DNA from: Rozella allomycis CSF55
Taxonomy: Eukaryota
Assembly: GCA_000442015.1 (NCBI GenBank)
Contig: KE560971.1
Coordinates: forward strand, 1 to 64,000
Direction: 5' to 3'
DNA: 64,000 nucleotides
Shown here: positions 56,168-64,000 of the stretch, one piece after another
Position numbering within the stretch: the stretch's first letter is position 1
Layout: the number at the start of each line of letters is the position of its first letter
The notes under the pieces: model-generated
Told to the model about the DNA's origin: nothing
Database searches by the model: none
The model's input: only the letters and a program-made list of their open reading frames with translations
Translations under genes and position numbers: made by a program

Positions 56168-56214
56168 TTGTAACTAAGCCACAAAAATCGACTTTAAGAG
56201 TAAATAGAAATTTA

Positions 56215-57932
56215 TTAACGTTTCTTTTTGTTATTCTTCTTTTTTGATTGCTTATTAACCGGGACCTTCAATGGTGTTACTTCCGGCTTCTTATTTCTAC
56301 TTGAAACGCTGTTAAAATTCTTACTCGTCAATGGCCCCTTGAGCCCCTCCATTCACCTTTTTAGACTTTCCTTTCTTTTTGTTTGAAGATCTTTGCCACT
56401 TTGGTAACCACCTTTCGGGGTCAGGTTTATTAAGAGGGTCAATATTTTTCGGCAACTTGTTTTTTCTCTTCTTTTTCAAAGCCTGAACTCGAGATGTTTC
56501 AGAAAAGACATTAAACTCCTCCAATCTTTTCAATTCGTCATTGGAAAATCCATGAGACACTCTACTCAAATTCGATTCAGACGACGGAGAAAACTGCAAG
56601 AGATTTAATTCGACTATTTTCTTCATGGAAGCATCCAAATTTGAATTTAACTTTAATTTTTCCAAAAGATTTTTAGCCTTTAAATGCTCCGAGCTCTTCA
56701 AATAATAATCTGCCAGGTAGTACTCTAAAGTAGCACAGATTGATGCATTAGATTTTTCATTATTCTGTCTCCAGTAATTCAAAGCATTGATCAAAGGAAT
56801 CTCACTTTTCAAATGGGATACTTGAAATGAAACAAACCCCGGTGAATGTAAAATTTCTTCAGGCAATTTTTTTAATTCATCTTCAATAGACTGCCCTTTA
56901 AGAAACTTCAATTGAATAGAATAGAAAATTGCTTCTAGATCGTTGCTTTCCTATTTAAGGAAAAAGAGACTATTTACTTTCAAGATGTCTAATGAATTCA
57001 AAGGGTCTGCTGCGGCTCTTAAAATCAATTGATCACTTTGAGAAAGATTAGACAATTTCTCATTGTCAAGTCCTTCCGTTAAAGCGTCAATTAGAGATTC
57101 GTTGTAAAGTAGAGCACTTCTTTGACAAAAATTTAAGTTCAACTTTTTTAAATTCTCGATCTTTGACTTGAAGCCCTTTAGATTTGCTTTAGATGATAAA
57201 AGAGATCTATTAAATGAAGCTATACAGCTGGTAGTGTTATCAGATGTTTCAATGCGTTGGAAACACTCGTTAGCTTTCTTAAATTGCTTTAATTTTAATA
57301 AAACAAAGCCTTTATGAGCTAAAAGAAGTCCTAAATCCTTGCTAATCTCTGCTTCATTGGCCGCCATGGACTTGAGTATAGATATTGATTGGTTAACTTG
57401 ATCCAACGCATCATGATATTGGCCGTTCAAGGCCAAATGCAAAGATTGGTTATACAATATTTCAAAAGAGTTAAAATTAATTGGCAAATCTCCATTAACG
57501 GCGCTGACGTTGGTCAAAAGTTCGGAATGATCCAATTTGGAAGCCATTAGCGCGATCAAATTTTGATAGCAATCAAGACATTTTCGCCACTGCCCTTCTT
57601 GGTAAAATATTTGCGCCTTAAGGAACACATTGGACTCCGCCTCACTCTTTAGGATAGCCATAGCTTCCTTAAGTCTCCCCTCGCGATAGAAACAATAAGC
57701 CTTTAAAAATTCTTGGTCAGTTAATTTTTCAGCTTCTTCAAACTTTTGAAGCAATATTAGAGCTACAGCTTTAGTTTCCTTTAACTCTAACCTATCAGGG
57801 TGCTCAGTCAAGACTAAATACTTTTAAATAATGTTAGTTACGATTATCTACATAGCTTAAAATATTTTCATGAGAAGAGATGTCATCCAGCGAAGATTGC
57901 GTTGCACTAATTAGTTGCTCCATCGTTGTCAT
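56215..57932 (-). CDS. SRP72: Signal recognition particle subunit SRP72
   Basis: TPR-like N-terminus (FLKAYCFYR) and RNA-binding KKKRKNKLPK..PDPERWLPK. Confidence 0.9.
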
Positions 57933-58093
57933 TTTGGAAAAATACAAGAAAGCGAAGTTGAAATTTTTCAAAGGCATGGAATAAATCAATTTTTACAATA
58001 AAATAGATAAAATGATTAATGAATCATGATTGCACAAATAAAAGCCTAATGGCAACCCTTAATTTTTTTAAGAAATTTCTCAACTAAAATACT

Positions 58094-59010
58094 ATGGTTT
58101 TTGTAAATCTACATCCGCTGCCTGTTATTAACATATCCGACCATCTTACCAGACACAAAATTAACCAAAACTTGAATGGGTAACAACCTTGATGTAATTA
58201 GAATAGTATCGTGGGAGGTGCTCTCCTTGGCGTAAAGGATAATTCTACCATCCATATTAAAAATTCTTTCGAATTAGTTTTCAACAATAACTCATTTGAT
58301 CAAAATTTCAAAGAAAGAAAATGCGTTCAGTGTAAGGATCATTTTTTACACTTTGTAGACAAAGAAGTTTTCCCCGATTTGGAACTAATCGGTTACTACT
58401 TTTCAAATAAAAATGATGCTATCACCAATGAAGACGACAAAGTAAAGAATCATTTATTCATTATTTGATCATCATGATTATTGATTACACCAATTCCAAA
58501 TTCCAATTTTACGACAATGAATCGCCAATTGAGTATCGAATTGAAGGATCACCAGAAGAAAACATAGTACTAGAACAATTGAAGATATCTGATCAAAGCG
58601 AGGAATCTACTAGTACATAATTTACTGCGACATTCAAAGGTGCCGAATTCTTCGAAAAGATGAAAAACTCTCTAGGTGAAATGAACAAACAATTAATAAG
58701 AATTAGAAATAAGGTTATAATGATGATTGAAGGTACAATTCACGTTGAACTTTGTTAGGCAAAATACCTTTCGATTCACAATTTTTGAGGGCTGCAGCAG
58801 CGATAGCAAAGAATCGATTAAATGTTGATATTAGCGAATACAGTGAAAAGTCGTCATATGTTCAAAAGATGTCCGTCTTGACAAAAAGATTGTGTGCACT
58901 TGAGAATGTAACACTAAGCGAATGTATTAAAAAAGGAAATTAAAATGCGCTCAATTATTGAAGGCAACAATTTAACCGCTTCCGAAGAATCAGTAATTGA
59001 AAATAAATAG
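58094..59010 (+). CDS. CSN6: COP9 signalosome subunit 6 (MPN-), divergent
   Basis: LHPLPVINISDHLTR, GALLG..IKNSFEL, YKEVFPDLELIGYY. Confidence 0.75.
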
Positions 59011-59045
59011 ATAGTTCTAAATTCTTTACCTTTGTGGCTGAGTGG

Positions 59046-59400
59046 ATGTTGTACTATGAACATTATCGCCGTTCAGTTTTAGGAGTGACTCTTACCGAAA
59101 CTTTAGATGAAATGGTGATAGGTGAGCAAATTACTCCACAATTAGCCAATCTTGTACTTGCCCAGTTTGATCAAAGTTTAAACGAAGTGATGAATGGAAA
59201 GGCGAGGATGCGAGTGACAGCAAAGGTAAATAGAATATATCGATAAATAGTTTCAGGGACAACTTGATACTTACCGGTTTTGTGATGATGTTTGGACCTT
59301 TGAGCTAGAACGTGGGAATTTTAGGTTAGACGATACGACCATTGAAGCCAGGAAAGTTAAAATTGTAGCATGCAATGCAAAAAAGCCTGGTGAACAATAA
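59046..59400 (+). CDS. TOA2: TFIIA gamma (small) subunit
   Basis: [43 protein letters not shown]. Confidence 0.93.
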
Positions 59401-59441
59401 AATTATATATGAAAGAGATATGAGGTAAATGATTAAGAGAA

Positions 59442-62400
59442 TTATTTTATTAACTGACCTTGACTTCCATTTTCCATTATACTTCGAGGTCCATTTTCAA
59501 TGCCTATTTCATCCAATGCAGTTCTAAATTTTACTTGATAATTTCTCTCGACTCGCTAACTTTTGTTTGCTACCATGTCTATTTTCATTAAAGTCTTGAA
59601 AATTGTATTCATCATTTGCTCTTGGAAGGAAGGCAGCCAGCAATTGAGTTGTGGGTTCTGCTTCGGGAATCCATTGATAATCTATTTTATAATTTGGTTT
59701 AACCTGTTTTAGTTGTCTTTCTATTGACGCTGCCATTTTTTCCGCTCTAGAAACCCTTATGGTCATAACCTTTAGAGATTTTTCGGCTTTATCAACCTCG
59801 ACTTCTTTCTTGGATAATTTTTGATTAACTTCGTTAAAATTTTTTTCGGTTAGTTTTAATTTATCTGTTAGCTCCTTAATGTGATGCCTAAAGACCTATT
59901 CGAGTGACTTATTAATGTTACTTGATTTTCATTGAGCAAATGATCTTTTTCTGCGATAAGTGTCTTATATTTATATTCCAATGATTGATAATCAAGTAAT
60001 CCCAGATTCAACGACTCGGATTCGATATTTGGAAATGTTTTTAATTACCTGGTAAATTTATCAAGGATGGATTAGAATGTTTTAGTGCCTTTCTATTGAT
60101 CAAGGATAAATTTATTTTCTCAAAGTCTGAATGGATTGTAGATTGTTTGTCTTGAAGAGCCGATATCCTTAGCTTTAGTTGATTATTTTCTATTTGAAGG
60201 TCATGTACTTGAGCTTTAGCTTTTAACATGATTTCTTTTGAGAGACGAAGCTTTTTTTCCATGCAATTCAAGTCTTTTTCCGATGTGTCGTTTTTATGAG
60301 TTTTAGATAGTCTTTTAATTTCAGCCTTAAGCATATTAACACTTGTCTATCAATAAATTAATAATTTAGCTACTATCATGTCAATTTGAAGTTTTTTCTT
60401 TTCTGCATCAGCCTCGATTAAGGATTTTTCCAATTCAATCTTTTAATAAATTAATTAACAAAAATACATTTTTATTTTGATATTCTTTCAATTTTGGTTC
60501 CATTCTTTAAAAATTCTTCATTTATTAAATTTTACCTTTTAATTTCTAATAAAAGTTGATTGATTTCATAATCTTTATTGTCGTTGGCCTTTTCAATTTC
60601 TTTTTGCTTAACTTTTGATTGCTCTTTAATTGTTGAATTTATGTTTAATTTTAGCTCTTAAACGGCAGCATGAAATTTACTTGAAGTTCAAAATTTTCAA
60701 CCTTCAATTTTTCAATTAATTTCTCGTTCTTGATTGAATTGTTTTGAGACTCGAGCCACATTTTTTTCAGTTTATCGTATTCTTCTTTTGCACGGTTAGA
60801 TTCCTTTTGCATTTTATCAAGTTCTACATTGAAAAGGTGCTTTATGTGATCCACATTAACACTGGATAGTTTGTCTTTTAATTTGTCAATTTCGTGATCC
60901 TTGAAATCTAATTGATGTGAAAGTTTTATTGTTTGTTCGTAAAGACTACTAAAATGATTATCCATGTCCTTGTATTGTCTACTCAATCTCTCATTTTCGC
61001 TCTCCAAATGAATCTATATCGAGATTAATCTATTTATACAATCTTATCTTTAAGTATCATCACTTCCTTGTTTGATAATATCATTTTCTCTGTAGCTTTA
61101 TTACAATTATCTCTTTCATTCAAAATCAACCTTTTATATACTTCCATTTGTATTACTTTTTCATTCTATTTACAATTTCTTTTTCAACTTCTTCTGCTGA
61201 TGAGTTAATAGCCTCATATCACTAAATATTTCTGATTACTTTTTGAATTTCATTGGCTCTGCTAAACTTGTATGTTGAATGGATTTGTTGAATAGAATCT
61301 TTTAATTCATCAATCGTGACTTGGCGTTGACCAATTTCACCTTCTTTTTTCCTGTCTCTTGTTTGATACTTTTCCAATTCCTTCATGATAACATTTTCAT
61401 TCTTAATTGATATTTCCTTTTCCTTTTCTAGAGTGTCATTTTGTTTCTTGATTTGAATTAATTCACTGTTTAATTCATTTATGTCTTTTTTCAATGTTTC
61501 ATTTTCCTCTTCAATTTGTTTATTTCTAAAATTTAAATCAACATTTTCCTGTTTATAATTTTGAATTTCAATTCTATTTTCGTTGATTTCAGATCTTTGA
61601 ATTTCCTTTTTAGATTTTACTTTTGTGTATTTAATGATTCCTTTAACTTGTTTACAGTGACGTCCCTGTTTCTCATTGCGAGTAATCCTTCCTCCCATTG
61701 CTTTACAACGCTATCATTCAATTTTTGCAATTGCTTTATTTCTATTTCAATATTGATTCAATTAGAAACCTTATCGTATTATAGTATACAATAAAAATAC
61801 CTTGAGTCAAATTGTCAACTACTACTTGCGCGGCTCTGGTTTCACCGATTTGAGCAGATTGCAAATTTAAAGCCTTTCTCTTTTGTTCCAAAATCTCATC
61901 ATTCGACAAAATCCACTTTACTCTTTCAAGTTTAATCTGAAGACTTTTCATTTCATTTTGCATCAACTTCTTCTGTTCTTCTATTTTATCTAAATCAAAT
62001 TTCATTTTCTCTTCAACACGTCTTTGCAATTTAATATCATATGAATATGCAATACTAAGATCCATCAAATCTTTATTTTTTCGCTGAAGAGTTTGCCATT
62101 CAGCCCGTTTCACAATTAATTCAGCAGCTAATTCCTAGAAATCTTGAATCACAGCATTACTTGATTGGTTTGATCAGCTACTTGTAATTCTTTCTCCAAA
62201 TCTTTAGAGTACTGCTTTGATGTTAACGAGTCTTGTGCTTCATGTTGCCACTTTTCTTTTCTGTCATAAAATACAAAGTCGATTTACAATTCGAAAAACG
62301 CATTTTGCATTGATTCTAGTTGCGACTTTGTCTTGTATAATGCAATTCCTAGTTCCTTTTTGTCATTCGCAACCAAATTCAAATCATGATCCTTATCGTC

Positions 62401-62508
62401 AATTAATTTCTTTAAAGAAAAATATTGTCTATCAAATGAATCTACAAGGGCCTTCTGAACCTTAATTAAGTGATCTTGCAAGGGATCTCTTTCGGTTGTA
62501 TCTGTCAT
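59442..62508 (-). CDS. CCDC40: Axonemal ruler coiled-coil protein CCDC40-like
   Basis: HLIKVQKAL..ELGIALY, AQIGETRAAQ..KQWEEGLLAMRNRD; long coiled coil with about 13 introns. Confidence 0.72.
61742..61800 (-). other. Compound intron: two abutting GT..AG units (31 + 28 nt)
   Basis: gtatttttattgtatactataatacgataag / gtttctaattgaatcaatattgaaatag. Only removal of all 59 nt gives the open frame NLTQ-EIKQLQK. Confidence 0.75.
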
Positions 62509-62610
62509 TCAATATTTGGTATCCAGGAAACAAATAAAAAACTTCTATTTCATGACAAAAAGTGAATTAATTTGAATTTCCATAAAAGGTAAATAATAAA
62601 GAATTTCGAA

Positions 62611-64000
62611 ATGCTTCTAACGGGATTAAACAAGAGGTGCATTCACACAACCATTCCAAATTTCAAAGGTTTATTTTCAAGAATAAGAAAAGCTGCTACG
62701 ATATCAGAATCAGAGGTGGAAGACGTTCCTGCAGAACCATCCACTGGACTTTCTCGTCTCACTATTCCTCAATTACTTCCAGAATTAATATCGATTCCAG
62801 TGACGAAAAGGCCTTTATTTCCTAGCTTTTATAAATCATTTTCCGTCAAGGATCAAAATGTTGCCGACGCAATTCAAAAAACTATTCAAAAGGGACAGCC
62901 ATATATTGGTTTATTTTTAAGAAAAACAGGTAAATGAATAATTTAAACAGTGTTTAAAGATGAAAATGCCAAAATGGAAGAAGTCCTTAGGACAAGAGAG
63001 AATGTAGAAGAAAACAGCGCCTTAAAAAGTATGTTAACAATGTTTTTTTAAAACAAGGTGAAACTATAAAAACAATAAATGAAGTTTACAGATTTGGTGT
63101 GCTGGCGCAAGTTGTAAATGTTGCCAAGACAGAGGATGCAACAGGTTTACATACTATTATATATCCACGAAGAAGAATAAGATTGTGTGATTTAACAACT
63201 CCAGTAGATGCATTGGTATCAAAAGCGCGCGTAGAAACATTGAAAGATGAAAAATTCGACAAGGAAAATGGAGTTGTAAAAGCCTTGACAAATGAGATAT
63301 ATTCTGGCCTTTCTGAAATTGCTCGAATGAATGGTTTTTTTCGAGAGCATATTGCGAATTTACAATTGACTGCCAATGTCTTTGACAATCCTGCCCAACT
63401 TGCTGATTTCGTAGCTGTCCTTGTTTCTGCGGAGCCAGAAGAATTACAAGAAGTTCTCGAGTCTTTAGTTATTGAAGAACGATTAAGAAAAGCATTGGTT
63501 CTGTTAAAGAAAGAGCTTGTTAATGCCAGACTTCAAAACAGTATCTCCAAGGATATTGAGCAACGAATTAACCAAAGACAGAGGGAATATTATCTGATGG
63601 AGCAAATGAAAAGTATTAAAAAGGAATTGGGATTAGAAAGTGACGGAAAAGAGAAAGTGATTGAAAATTTCAAGGAAAAGGCGAAAGAACTTAAGATGCC
63701 TGAACAAGCTGCCAAAGTGTTCAATGAAGTAAAAAACTATTACAAGATTTAAAAAAGGAAATTTCAAAATTGAATGTTTTGGAGCCTTCAGGGGCAGAAT
63801 TTAACATTACCAGGAGTTACATAGAATGGCTCGTTTCACTTCCATGGGGAAAGCAAAAAGAAGAAATATTGAATGTTGCTAAAGCTGGAGTTATCTTGGA
63901 TGAAGATCATTATGGTTTGAAGGATGTGAAGAAGAGGATTTTGGAGTTTGTTGCGGTAGGCAGGTTGAACCAGGGTGTTCAAGGGAAAATCATCTGCCTT
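62611..64000 (+). CDS. PIM1: Mitochondrial Lon protease, 5' part (runs off the window)
   Basis: [55 protein letters not shown]. Confidence 0.93.

Overview
This is AT-rich, extremely gene-dense eukaryotic DNA with about 30 protein genes, one tRNA-Trp(CCA) and a degenerate hAT-transposon/LTR patch at about 34.3-38.1 kb. Genes include GCN1, a DH-PH RhoGEF, a PDI, PAF1, CDC37, LCB2, ASF1, RPP2, ATG6, MCM3, UBR1, a DPP-IV peptidase, LSG1, SRP72, CSN6, TFIIA-gamma and LON, plus five axonemal genes (DRC7, WDR63, CFAP69, GAS8, CCDC40). Fungus-like proteins, flagellar genes and tiny introns suggest a zoosporic early-diverging fungal relative such as Rozella (inference only). Almost all of the well over 100 introns I traced by hand are 25-31 nt. 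The most striking signal is the splicing system. (1) The three clearly longer introns (90, 59 and 59 nt) are stacks of 2-3 abutting ~30-nt GT..AG units with zero-length exons, pointing to recursive or stacked micro-intron splicing. (2) At least four introns in conserved genes seem to end in TG or CG instead of AG, pointing to a length-ruler choice of 3' splice site. Also notable are a DUF4114/EGF/PSI surface receptor with an integrin-beta-like NPLY-x8-NPLY tail and kb-scale GC-skew flips inside genes. Several single N characters mark assembly joins, so structures touching them (split UBR1, GCN1 insertion, EGF duplication) may be artefacts. All gene models are manual and lack transcript support.
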